A DNA stretch of 64,000 bases. Source: Anaeromyxobacter sp. (GTDB taxonomy: Bacteria > Myxococcota > Myxococcia > Myxococcales > Anaeromyxobacteraceae). Position numbers and translations under genes: made by a program. The stretch lies in contig JASGJN010000023.1 of NCBI GenBank assembly GCA_049840735.1, forward strand, positions 32,001 to 96,000, written 5' to 3'. Below, in pieces: positions 1 through 9,091 of this stretch (the stretch's first letter is position 1; the number at the start of each line of letters is the position of its first letter). The notes below the pieces were generated by a model. It was not told the DNA's origin. It saw only the letters and a list, made by a program, of their open reading frames with translations, and did no database searches.

Positions 1-43
1 AAGTGGTCCGCCCCGCGCGACGCACCAGCGGTAAACTGACCGG

Positions 44-742
44 ATGCCCACCTCCGAGCGCCCCTGGATCGTCTCTCCCCACGAACCCATCGTGAAGCAC
101 GAGGCCAACCTCTGGACGGTGCAGGGGAGGCTGGGCAAGGGGCCCATCACCCGGCGGATGTCCATCGTCCGGCGGCGCGACGGCTCGCTGGTGTTCTACC
201 ACCCGGTCCCGCTCGACGAAGGCGCGCTGGCCGAGGTGCTGGCCTGGGGGCGTCCGGCCGAGCTGGTGGTGGCCCACGCCGAGCACGGCGTGGACGCGAC
301 GCCGTTCGCGAAGAAGCTGGGCGTGAAGATCCACGGCCCGCGGGCAGACGAGGCGCGGCTGCGCGAGCGCTTCGACCTGGCCGGCTTCCTCGAGGACCTC
401 CCGGCGGATCCGGACGTGTCCTTCGAGTCGGTCCCCGGCAGCAAGTTCGGTGAGCCCGTCGAGCTGGTGCGGAGCGGCGAGCGGGTGAGCCTGGTCTTCT
501 CCGACGCCATCCAGGCGCACGGGGACACGGCCCCGCTCCCCTTCCGCCTGCTCGGCTTCCGCGGCGGGCCGCGCGTGGTGCCGCTGTTCCGGCTCCTCTT
601 CACGAGCGACCGCGCCGCGCTCAAGGCCTACCTGGCGCGGCTGGCCGAGACCCCCGGCCTCGCGCGGCTGGTCCCCTGCCACGGCTTCATCGAGGAGCGG
701 GACGCCGCGGGCGCGCTGAGGCGGGCGGCGGCGGCGCTGTAG
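44..742 (+). CDS. DUF4336-like / metallo-beta-lactamase-fold hypothetical protein
   Basis: 232-aa ORF with strong GC3 bias; 'RMSIVR...GSLV', 'HAEHG', 'FSD' and 'LVPCHG' motifs typical of this MBL-like family. Confidence 0.6.
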   Translation: MPTSERPWIVSPHEPIVKHEANLWTVQGRLGKGPITRRMSIVRRRDGSLVFYHPVPLDEGALAEVLAWGRPAELVVAHAEHGVDATPFAKKLGVKIHGPRADEARLRERFDLAGFLEDLPADPDVSFESVPGSKFGEPVELVRSGERVSLVFSDAIQAHGDTAPLPFRLLGFRGGPRVVPLFRLLFTSDRAALKAYLARLAETPGLARLVPCHGFIEERDAAGALRRAAAAL

Positions 743-859
743 ACCGGGCGCGCTCGTCCCTGGGGGAGCAAGCTCGACACCGACGCGGAGGGATTCTCGA
801 AGGTCGGCTGCAGAACCCAGGTGCGGAGGCCGCCCGCCGGTGCTAGGGCATTGCCCCTC

Positions 860-2932
860 ATGCACGGCGCCACCGACTTCCTCGCCGCGCTCACCGTGGT
901 CCTGGGTGTCGCGGCCGTCACCACCGTCCTGTTCCAGAGGCTCCGCCAGCCGGTGGTGCTGGGCTACATCCTCGCCGGGCTGATCGTGGGGCCGCACGTC
1001 CCCATCCCGCTGGTCGCCGACGAGGCCATCGTCCGGACGCTCTCGGAGCTGGGCGTCATCCTGCTGATGTTCGCGCTGGGGCTGGAGTTCAGCCTGCGCA
1101 AGCTCCTCCAGGTCGGGCCGGTGGCGGGGATCACCGCGGTGGTGCAGTGCAGCCTGATGGTGTGGCTGGGGTTCGTGGCGGGTCGCCTGCTCGGCTGGAC
1201 GGCGCTGGAGAGCGTGTTCGCGGGCGCGCTCATCGCCATCTCCAGCACCACCATCATCGCCAAGGCGTTCGACGAGCTGGGCGTCCGGGGCCGGCTGCGC
1301 GACCTGGTGGTCGGCGTGCTGGTGGTGGAGGACCTGATCGCCATCCTGCTGATGGCCGTGCTGGCGGCGGTGGCCGGGGGCGCAGGCATCTCGGCCGGCG
1401 CCCTGGCCGCCACGCTGGGCCGGCTGGCGGGCTTCCTGGCCGCGCTGCTGGGGCTGGGGCTGCTGGTGGTGCCGCGCCTGGTGCGCTGGGTCCGGCGGCT
1501 GGACCGGCCTGAGACCATGCTCATCGCCGCCCTGGCGATCTGCTTCGGGGTGGCGCTGCTGGCCCACCACTTCGGCTACTCCGTGGCGCTGGGCGCCTTC
1601 CTGGCCGGCTCGCTGGTGGCCGAGTCGGGCGAGGAGAAGCACGTCGAGCACCTGGTCGCGCCGGTGCGCGACGTGTTCGCGGCGGTGTTCTTCGTGTCGG
1701 TCGGCATGCTCATCGACCCGGCCCTGCTGGTGCGCCACTGGGTGGCGGTGGCGGTCTTCACGCTGCTGGTGGTGCTCGGCAAGCTGGTGGGGGTCGCGGG
1801 GGGCGCGTTCCTGACCGGGCAGGGCGTGCGCACCTCGGTGCAGGCCGGCATGAGCCTGGCGCAGATCGGCGAGTTCTCGTTCATCATCGCAGGGCTGGGG
1901 GCGTCGCTGGGCGCCACCCGCGACTTCCTCTACCCGGTCGCGGTGGCCGTCTCGGCCGTCACCACGCTCACCACCCCCTGGCTGATCCGCGCCTCGGGCC
2001 CCGCGGCCTCGTGGGTGGACCGCCGGCTGCCCCGGCCGCTGCAGACCTTCGCCGCGCTCTACGGCTCCTGGCTGGAGCGGCTGCGCTCCGGGCCGCGCCG
2101 GGAGACCTTCGCGGCGCAGCTGCGCCGGGTGGTCCGGGCGCTGGTGATCGACGCGGCGGTGGTGGTCGTGATCGTGGTGGCGGCGGCCCTGGGGGCCGAG
2201 CGCGGCGCGCGGCTGCTCGAGCTCCGCTGGGGCCTGGACGGCGCCATCTCTCGCTGGGCGGTGGCCGCCGCGGCGGGGCTGGTCTCGCTCCCGTTCTGCG
2301 CCGGGCTGCTGCGCAACGCCCGCCGCCTGTCCGGCCTGATCGCCGACCAGGCGCTGCCGGCGGTCGCGCCAGGGGCGCTGGACCTGGCCGCGGCCCCCCG
2401 GCGCGCGCTCCGCGCCGCCGTGCAGCTGGCGCTGGTGCTGCTGGTGGCGGTGCCGGTGGTGGCGATCACCCAGCCCTTCGTCCCGGCCGGCTCGGTGGCC
2501 GCGGTCTTCGCCGTGGTGATCGGCGCGCTGGCGGTGGCCGCCTGGCGCGGCGCCGAGGGGCTGCACCAGCACGTGCGGGCCGGCGCGCAGGTGATGGTGG
2601 AGGCGCTGGCCAGGCAGGCGCGCGGCCCCGTCGAGGACGGCGCCGACGCGCTGGCGCAGGTGAAGCAGACGCTCCCGGGGCTGGGCGAGCCCATCGCAAT
2701 CCGGCTCCACCCTGGCACCCTCGCCGAGGGACGCACCCTGGCCCAGCTCGACCTCCGGGGTGTCACCGGCGCCACCGTGCTCGCCATCTGGCGCGCCGAG
2801 GGAGGGGTGATGGTACCCGACGCCCGCGAGGTGCTGCGGGCCGGCGACGTCCTGGCGGTGGCCGGCAGCGCCGAGGCGGTGGCGGCAGCGCGGTCGCTGG
2901 TGGCCGGGCCAGCGCCGCTCCGCGCGTCGTAG
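860..2932 (+). CDS. CPA2-family cation:proton antiporter with C-terminal TrkA-C (RCK_C) domain
   Basis: Many TM segments; GVILLMFALGLEFS, ISSTTII, EDLIAI, QIGEFSFIIA motifs; C-terminal GRTLAQLDLRGVTGATVLAI; ATG at 860 chosen. Confidence 0.9.
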   Translation: MHGATDFLAALTVVLGVAAVTTVLFQRLRQPVVLGYILAGLIVGPHVPIPLVADEAIVRTLSELGVILLMFALGLEFSLRKLLQVGPVAGITAVVQCSLMVWLGFVAGRLLGWTALESVFAGALIAISSTTIIAKAFDELGVRGRLRDLVVGVLVVEDLIAILLMAVLAAVAGGAGISAGALAATLGRLAGFLAALLGLGLLVVPRLVRWVRRLDRPETMLIAALAICFGVALLAHHFGYSVALGAFLAGSLVAESGEEKHVEHLVAPVRDVFAAVFFVSVGMLIDPALLVRHWVAVAVFTLLVVLGKLVGVAGGAFLTGQGVRTSVQAGMSLAQIGEFSFIIAGLGASLGATRDFLYPVAVAVSAVTTLTTPWLIRASGPAASWVDRRLPRPLQTFAALYGSWLERLRSGPRRETFAAQLRRVVRALVIDAAVVVVIVVAAALGAERGARLLELRWGLDGAISRWAVAAAAGLVSLPFCAGLLRNARRLSGLIADQALPAVAPGALDLAAAPRRALRAAVQLALVLLVAVPVVAITQPFVPAGSVAAVFAVVIGALAVAAWRGAEGLHQHVRAGAQVMVEALARQARGPVEDGADALAQVKQTLPGLGEPIAIRLHPGTLAEGRTLAQLDLRGVTGATVLAIWRAEGGVMVPDAREVLRAGDVLAVAGSAEAVAAARSLVAGPAPLRAS

Positions 2933-2953
2933 GCCGGCGCCGCCCGGCCGGGC

Positions 2954-4384
2954 TCACCACACCCCGGCGCCCACCTCCACCACGAAGCGCAGGTCGTGGA
3001 TGTGGTCGAACCCGGAGCCGCGCACGCCCATGCGCAGGCCCGCGAACTGGTAGCCGAGCGTGAGGATGCGCCAGGGCCCGGAGACGGTGACGCGGAACTT
3101 CATGCCGGACTCGAGCGCGAACTCGCGGGCGCGCTGGGCGCCGCCGAGGTCCCAGGAGATGCCGGCCGCGGTGTATGGGCTCGCGAACTGGGCGGCCGAG
3201 GTGGTGACCAGCGCCTCCAGCGACGCGTACTGCTGGTAGGTCCAGGTCACGCGCGGCACGATGAAGACCTCGCGCAGGTCGAGCCCGCGGAACAGCAGCG
3301 CCACGCCCATGGCCCGGTCCCAGCGCAGGGCCACGCTGGGCACCAGGCTGCCGGTCCCGGAGGGCGGCTGGGTCAGCGCGTCCAGGGCGGCGACCTGGAT
3401 CTGCCGGGGGGCGTGCCCCAGCCCGAAGCCGTTGAGGCGCATGGAGGCCTCGAGCTCCGCGGGGGCGGGCGCGTTCGGGCAGGCCGCCACCGGGCGCGAA
3501 GGGCGCAGCGTGTAGCGCGCCAGCACCTCGTCGCCCGGCGCGACCGAGGGCGGCCGCGGGCCGGCGCAGGCCGGGCCGCCGTGCTCGGGCGCCACGCGGA
3601 AGCGCGGCGGGCGCTGCTTGGTCATGGTGGAGGTGTAGCCGGGGCTGATGAGCGCCCCTGAGCCGAACACGTCGCGGACGCCCCAGGCGTCGTGGATGCG
3701 GAGGTTCACGTCGTAACCCGGCGTGAACTGCCCGTCGGCGTTCCGGTCGGGCGCGGTGGCGTGCTTGCCCTCCTCGACCAGCAGGGTGAGCGGGTAGCGG
3801 GTGTCGTCGCCCACCACCAGCTCATTGGAGTACCAGTCCACTCCGTGCGCGAAGCCGACCACCCGCTCGACGCGCACCTGCCAGCAGTCGCCCTCCTGCT
3901 CCACCGCCAGGTGGACGTCGGCGAACTCGATGTCGTGCGGGTGGGAGCCGCCGCCGATGTCCTCGCGGTAGTAGAAGAAGTAGCGGAGCACCACCCGCGA
4001 GGCCCGCTCGCCCAGGCGCGGGTCCTGCTCCGCCGGCTCCTGGACGCGCTCCGTGCCGTGGAGCTGCAGCCGGTCCACCGCCCAGTAGACCACCGGCGCC
4101 GAGGAGGGCGCGTCGCAGGGGTGCGGGTCCGGCGGCACGTTTCCGCCGGCGCGGAGCAGCGGCTCGTCCGGCGTGAACCAGAGCACCGGCGCCGCCAGCT
4201 CGGCCAGCTCCGGCGCGCTGAGGGAGGGCTTGGCGCCCCGCCAGAGCACGTTGGGCGCGGCGTCGCCGCAGCTGCAGGCGGCCAGGGCGGGATCCGCGGC
4301 GGCACCCCGGACAGGCGCAGCCGCCAGGCTCAGCGCGAGCAGGGCCCCCACCGCCGGGGCGTCGCAGCGGCGCACACAGGCCAT
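2954..4384 (-). CDS. Secreted hypothetical protein: NPP1/Vps62-like N-domain plus beta-strand-rich C-domain
   Basis: Signal-like N-terminus; APVLWF, YFFYY, HPHDIEF, GKHA motifs; C-terminus of alternating strands ending in W. Confidence 0.6.
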   Translation of the reverse strand: MACVRRCDAPAVGALLALSLAAAPVRGAAADPALAACSCGDAAPNVLWRGAKPSLSAPELAELAAPVLWFTPDEPLLRAGGNVPPDPHPCDAPSSAPVVYWAVDRLQLHGTERVQEPAEQDPRLGERASRVVLRYFFYYREDIGGGSHPHDIEFADVHLAVEQEGDCWQVRVERVVGFAHGVDWYSNELVVGDDTRYPLTLLVEEGKHATAPDRNADGQFTPGYDVNLRIHDAWGVRDVFGSGALISPGYTSTMTKQRPPRFRVAPEHGGPACAGPRPPSVAPGDEVLARYTLRPSRPVAACPNAPAPAELEASMRLNGFGLGHAPRQIQVAALDALTQPPSGTGSLVPSVALRWDRAMGVALLFRGLDLREVFIVPRVTWTYQQYASLEALVTTSAAQFASPYTAAGISWDLGGAQRAREFALESGMKFRVTVSGPWRILTLGYQFAGLRMGVRGSGFDHIHDLRFVVEVGAGVW

Positions 4385-4565
4385 CGCCAGGAAGGTGCGG
4401 CGGCTGCGTGCCCGCGGCACCGAAGAGCCCCGCGGAGCTTCAGGGGCAGGGTGGAGGAGCTCCCGCCGCTTTCAAAAAGCCGAAGGATCTCCTTCGAACT
4501 TCGTCATGACCTGCGGAGCAGGTTCCCGCTAGAACTGGGGTCAAACCTGGGAGGAGCGACACCTG

Positions 4566-5525
4566 ATGGAACACGGCTGGCTGGAGTGGGGCGCGTTCGG
4601 CGCGCTGGTGCTGGGCATGCTCGCGCTCGACCTGGGCGTATTCCACCGCAAGGACCACGTGGTCGGCGCGAAGGAGGCGCTGGCCTGGTCCGGCGTGTGG
4701 GTGGCGCTGGCGCTGGCCTTCGGCGGCTACGTCTGGTTCCGCCACGGCTCCGGGTCGGGGCTCGAGTTCCTGACCGGCTACGTGATCGAGAAGTCGCTCT
4801 CGGTGGACAACATCTTCGTCTTCGTCGTGATCTTCGGCGCCCTGGGGATCCCGGCGCTCTACCAGCACCGGGTGCTGTTCTGGGGCATCCTCACCGCGCT
4901 GGTGCTGCGCGGGGCCATGATCGCCGCGGGCACGGCGCTGCTCCACCGGTTCCACTGGATCATCTACGTCTTCGGCGGCTTCCTGCTGCTCACCGGCGTG
5001 AAGCTGCTCCTGCAGCGCGAGGCGGCCCCGCACCCGGAGAAGAGCGGGGCCTTCCGCCTCCTCCGCCGCCTGGTCCCGGCCACGCCGCGCTTCGACGGGC
5101 ACCACTTCTTCACGCTCGAGCACGGCAAGCGGCTCGCCACCCCGCTCTTTTTCGCGCTGGTGCTGATCGAGTTCAGCGACGTCATCTTCGCGGTGGACTC
5201 CATCCCGGCCATCTTCGCGGTGACCGACGACCCGTTCATCGTCTTCACGTCCAACATCTTCGCCATCCTGGGGCTGCGATCGCTCTACTTCCTGCTGGCC
5301 GGCGTGGTCGAGAAGTTCATCTACCTGAAGCCCTCGCTGGCCTTCGTGCTGATGTTCGTGGGCCTGAAGATGGCGGCCATCGACGCGGTGAAGATCCACC
5401 CGGCGGTCTCGCTGCTGGTGGTGCTGTCGATCCTGGCCGTGGGGGCCGTGGCCTCGCTGCTGAAGGCGCGCCGCGCCGGGCCGCCGCCGCAGGCGGGGAG
5501 GGCGCTGCCCGAGGGCGAGGGCTGA
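4566..5525 (+). CDS. TerC/Alx family membrane protein
   Basis: EFLTGYVIEKSLSVDNIFVF, QHRVLFWG, DVIFAVDSIPA, FTSNIFAILGLR motifs; [10 protein letters not shown]. Confidence 0.93.
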   Translation: MEHGWLEWGAFGALVLGMLALDLGVFHRKDHVVGAKEALAWSGVWVALALAFGGYVWFRHGSGSGLEFLTGYVIEKSLSVDNIFVFVVIFGALGIPALYQHRVLFWGILTALVLRGAMIAAGTALLHRFHWIIYVFGGFLLLTGVKLLLQREAAPHPEKSGAFRLLRRLVPATPRFDGHHFFTLEHGKRLATPLFFALVLIEFSDVIFAVDSIPAIFAVTDDPFIVFTSNIFAILGLRSLYFLLAGVVEKFIYLKPSLAFVLMFVGLKMAAIDAVKIHPAVSLLVVLSILAVGAVASLLKARRAGPPPQAGRALPEGEG

Positions 5526-5598
5526 GCCACCGGGTTGCGCTCCGCCCCCCCTCCCGCCGTGCGGGCGTGACCCGCGCCGGACCCGCCCGCCCTCCGCG

Positions 5599-6078
5599 TC
5601 AGCGCGCGCGCTTCGAGGCGCCGCGCCGGGGCGGGCTGCGCCGCGCGGTCCCCCCCGCCTTGCGCGCGGCTCGCGGCCTCGAGGCCGGGCGCCGCGGCCG
5701 GCGGTCCGCCTCGGCCCCCGGCTCGCCCTCCCAGATCACGGCCTCGACGTTGTTGCCGTCGGGGTCGAACACGAAGGCCGCGAAGGCGGCGTACCCCTCG
5801 CGCGGCCCGGGCCGGCCGTTGTCCTTCCCGCCCGCGGCCAGCGCGGCGGCGTGGAACCCCTCCACCGCCTTCCTCGAGCGCGCGTGGAACGCGAGGTGCG
5901 TGGGCTCGCCCACCTCGCCGCCGGTGACCCAGAAGTCGTGCCGGCCGTCCTCGTCCTTGAAGCCGAACGAGTCGCCGTAGGCCATGTCGCAGACGTAGCC
6001 GAGCGGCTTCAGGAGCCGCTCGTAGAAGCGCCTGCTCTTCCTTGAGTCGCCGCAGCGCAGGCTGACATGCTCAATCAT
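5599..6078 (-). CDS. VOC (glyoxalase/bleomycin resistance) family protein
   Basis: MIEHVSL...SRRFYE...HLAF...GGKDNGRPGPR...FVFDPDGNNVEAV; ATGA overlap with the upstream MarR stop. Confidence 0.88.
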   Translation of the reverse strand: MIEHVSLRCGDSRKSRRFYERLLKPLGYVCDMAYGDSFGFKDEDGRHDFWVTGGEVGEPTHLAFHARSRKAVEGFHAAALAAGGKDNGRPGPREGYAAFAAFVFDPDGNNVEAVIWEGEPGAEADRRPRRPASRPRAARKAGGTARRSPPRRGASKRAR

Positions 6079-6635
6079 CGATGGGCCCTCGCGTTCGCCC
6101 CTGGTGCAGGATGCGGTGCCCGGGCCGGGTACGCCATCAGCCCACGGCGGCGTCCCCCCCCCAGCACCTCGCGGAGGTGCGCGACCAGGTCGTCCACCTG
6201 CCGCTTGAGCGACAGCGCCTTCTCCGGCGGGTAGCGGCTGGAGGTGAGCAGGTCGAGCGGAATGCAGGCGCAGGTGCTCCGCAGCGCCCGGCCCGCCTCG
6301 GTGAGCGCGATCACCACGACACGCTCGTCCTCCGGGCTGCGGGTGCGCCGCAGGTAGCCGAGCATCTCGAGCCGCTTGAGGAGCGGCGTGAGGGTGTTCG
6401 AGCTCAGGAGCGCCCGCTCGCCCACGTGCGAGACCGAGCAGGGCGCGTCCTCCCAGAGGATGAGCAGCACGACGTACTGCGGATACGTGAGCCCCATCGG
6501 CTCGAGCAGCGGCTGGTAGAGCCGGGTCACCAGCCGCGAGGCCGCGTACAGCGGGAAGCAGAGCTGCTGGTCCAGCCGGAGGAGGTCCAGCGGAGCCGGA
6601 GCGCTCCGCGCCTTGGGGGCCTTGCGTGCCGTCAT
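6075..6635 (-). CDS. ohrR: OhrR-type MarR family transcriptional regulator
   Basis: LDQQLCFPLYAASR (redox Cys), LTYPQYVVLLILWE, TLTPLLKRLE, DERVV; in the ohr operon. Confidence 0.9.
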   Translation of the reverse strand: MTARKAPKARSAPAPLDLLRLDQQLCFPLYAASRLVTRLYQPLLEPMGLTYPQYVVLLILWEDAPCSVSHVGERALLSSNTLTPLLKRLEMLGYLRRTRSPEDERVVVIALTEAGRALRSTCACIPLDLLTSSRYPPEKALSLKRQVDDLVAHLREVLGGGRRRGLMAYPARAPHPAPGANARAHR

Positions 6636-7108
6636 CGGCGCCATTCTGGCGCCCCGCCGGGCGCCGCGCCAGGCCTGGCGCGCCGGGCGGAGCGCCAGGC
6701 GGTCCAGGCGCCGGTGGACCAGAGGGCCCAGGCCACCAGCACGGGCTGGAAGAAGAGCCGGACCAGCCGGGCGCGATCGGTGTCCAGGCCGAAGGCCGAC
6801 ACGCCCCGGACATACTGCGAGACGTTGCCCGGGAAGATCAGCACGAAGAAGGCGGCGGTGGCCCACCCCGCCTGGACGCGCCGGCGCGGGAAGAAGGCGA
6901 GCGCCGCGCCCAGGGCCAGCTCCACGACGCCGGAGAGGATCACGACCAGGTCCGGATCGAGCGGTAGCCAGGTGGGCACCTGCGCCTGGAACTCGGCCCG
7001 GGCCCAGGCCAGGTGCGAGGTGCCGGCGAAGAGCAGCGCGGCGCCGAGCAGGATGCGGGCCCCGTGCTGGAGGAGGGTGGCCGGGGGTGCAGCGGTGTGC
7101 GAAGGCAT
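6632..7108 (-). CDS. DoxX-like membrane protein
   Basis: AGTSHL, SGVVELALG, IFPGN, RLFFQP motifs; 4 TM segments. Confidence 0.85.
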   Translation of the reverse strand: MPSHTAAPPATLLQHGARILLGAALLFAGTSHLAWARAEFQAQVPTWLPLDPDLVVILSGVVELALGAALAFFPRRRVQAGWATAAFFVLIFPGNVSQYVRGVSAFGLDTDRARLVRLFFQPVLVAWALWSTGAWTAWRSARRARPGAAPGGAPEWRR

Positions 7109-7126
7109 GGCGCTTCTCCCTGGGGC

Positions 7127-7562
7127 CTACGCCGCGGCCGCGGCCGCGGTCACCACCAGCTCGACCGGCACGTTGCCGCGGATGGCGTTGGAGTATGGGC
7201 AGATGGCGTGGGCGGCGGCCACCAGCGCCTCCGCCTCGGCGCGGGGCAGCCCGGCGATCCCGACCGAGAGCTTCACCGAGAGCGCGAAGCCGCCCTGGCC
7301 GCTGGGGCCGATCGCGACGCTGGCGTCGACCCGGGTGCCCTCGAGCTTCTGCTTCCGCTGCCCTGCCACGAAGGCCAGCGCGGAGTCGAAGCAGGCCGCG
7401 TAGCCGGCCGCGAAGAGCTGCTCGGGGTTGGTGAGCGGGAAGCCGGGGCCGCCCAGCTCGCGGGGGATGGCCAGCTCCAGAATCGAGCACCTGGTCGGAC
7501 GAGGTGACGTGGCCGTTGCGGCCGCCGGTGGCGGTGGCGTGGGCGGTGTACAGGGTCTTCAT
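7127..7562 (-). CDS. ohr: Organic hydroperoxide resistance protein Ohr (apparent +1 frameshift at ~7481)
   Basis: MKTLYTAHATATGGRNG in one frame; NPEQLFAAGYAACF and ICPYSNAIRGN in the next; removing one base at GAATCG (7480-7485) joins them as VLDLELAIPRELGG. Confidence 0.9.
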
Positions 7563-7581
7563 GGCGGATGTTCCTTGGTGA

Positions 7582-7628
7582 GCGATTAAAGCGCGTGCGA
7601 TCTAATCGCGTACGGAGACATCTGTCAA
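7582..7628 (-). promoter_or_regulatory. ohr promoter (-35 TTGACA) overlapped by tandem OhrR-box-like inverted repeats
   Basis: Minus-strand TTGACA at 7628-7623; GCGATT-A-AAGCGC (7582-7594) and GCGATC-T-AATCGC (7597-7609) cover the -10 region just upstream of ohr. Confidence 0.65.
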
Positions 7629-7800
7629 GCGGTGGCCCGGTCCCGGTGAGCAGCAGGAACCGGGCGCGGGCAGACATGGGGGCTTGCGCCGAGTCCGGCG
7701 GGTTCCCTGCGACCATCACCTCATGGGGGCTCGGCAGCCCTCGGCTCGAAGGACGCGAGCGAACCCGCAGGGTCGCCCCGTCAGCCGCACGCGCCGTCCC

Positions 7801-8970
7801 TCAGACCGCCAGCTCGTACACGCGCCGCACGCCCTCGCTGTCGAGCTTCACGAAGTTGCCCACCGTGCGGGCGTCACCGTCGGTGCACTTGCGGGCCATC
7901 TCGTCCAGGCGGTCGACGCCGATGTCGAGGCCGGAGAGCCGGGTGGCGAGGCCGAGCGAGTGGTACCAGGCCTCCAGGCGCGCGATGCCGGCGCGGCCGG
8001 TGGCCTCGGCGTCCCAGTGCTCGTTGTCCACGTTCCACACCCGCACCGCCCACTGCGCGAACCGCTGCGGGTCGGTGGAGAGGGTGTGCTTGAGCCAGGC
8101 CGGGAAGACCACCGCCAGCCCCGCGCCGTGGGCCACGTCGTAGATGCCGGACAGCTCGTGCTCGATGTCGTGGGAGGCCCAGTCACCCACCCGGCCGGTG
8201 TTGAGCAGGTTGTTGTGGGCGATGGTGCCGGCCCACATGAACTCCGACCAGGCGTCGTAGTCGCGCGGGCGCGCCATGAGCTCCACCGCCTTGCGCGCCA
8301 CGGTCTTCATGGTCGCCTCCAGCAGCCGGTCGGTGAACTCGACGTGCCGCACGGTGGTGAAGTACCGCTCCATCAGGTGGGCCATGATGTCGGCGGCGCC
8401 GCAGGCCACCTGGAAGGGCGGCAGGGTGAAGGCCAGCTGCGGGTCCAGGATGGAGAAGCGCGGGTAGAGCAGCTCGGAGTTGACCGCGCGCTTGAGCTGC
8501 CCCTCCTCCTTCGTGATCACCGTGCCGGTGCTGGACTCGCTGCCGGCGGCCGGGATGGTGAGCACGGTGCCGATGGGGAGCGCGGCCTTCGGCGCGCCCT
8601 TGCCCAGGTAGAAGTCCCAGACGTCGCCGTCGATCGCCGCCCCCATGGCGATGGCCTTGGCAGAGTCGATGACGCTGCCGCCGCCGACGGCCAGCACGAA
8701 GCCGAGCCCGTGCGCCTTGCACAGCCGCACGCCCTCGTGCACCAGGGAGAGCCGCGGGTTGGGCAGCACGCCGCCCAGCTCGACCGGCTCCACCCCGGCG
8801 GCGCGCAGCGAGGCCACCACCCGGTCGTAGAGCCCGGAGCGCTTGATGCTGCCGCCGCCGTAGTGCAGGAGCACCTTGCGGCCGTGCTGCGCGGTCAGCT
8901 CGCCCACGCGGGCGTCGGCGCCCCGGCCGAAGACGATGCGGGTCGGATTGCAGAACTCGAAGTCGTTCAT
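7801..8970 (-). CDS. Iron-containing alcohol dehydrogenase (BdhA/YqhD-like butanol dehydrogenase)
   Basis: NPTRIVFG, YGGGSIKRSG, AVGGGSVIDSAK, TIPAAGSE, WASHDIEHELS, HGAGLA. Confidence 0.93.
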   Translation of the reverse strand: MNDFEFCNPTRIVFGRGADARVGELTAQHGRKVLLHYGGGSIKRSGLYDRVVASLRAAGVEPVELGGVLPNPRLSLVHEGVRLCKAHGLGFVLAVGGGSVIDSAKAIAMGAAIDGDVWDFYLGKGAPKAALPIGTVLTIPAAGSESSTGTVITKEEGQLKRAVNSELLYPRFSILDPQLAFTLPPFQVACGAADIMAHLMERYFTTVRHVEFTDRLLEATMKTVARKAVELMARPRDYDAWSEFMWAGTIAHNNLLNTGRVGDWASHDIEHELSGIYDVAHGAGLAVVFPAWLKHTLSTDPQRFAQWAVRVWNVDNEHWDAEATGRAGIARLEAWYHSLGLATRLSGLDIGVDRLDEMARKCTDGDARTVGNFVKLDSEGVRRVYELAV

Positions 8971-9091
8971 GTGCGGTCTCCGGGGTCCGCGCGGGGGCGG
9001 GCGTGAGGCGGGGCGTGACGTGGCCCCGCAGCATACCACCGGGGCGTGAGGGCGCTGGGGCAAACGTTGGCGCGAGCTGGGCCCCGGCCGC

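Noticed and set aside
4420..4565. yybP-ykoY riboswitch upstream of terC
   Set aside because: No GGGGAGUA or CAAGACC/CGAGACC-type conserved segments visible
6150..6165. C9 homopolymer near the ohrR 3' end as a frameshift or phase-variation tract
   Set aside because: The current frame ends in an ATGA overlap with the VOC gene, consistent with an intact coupled gene
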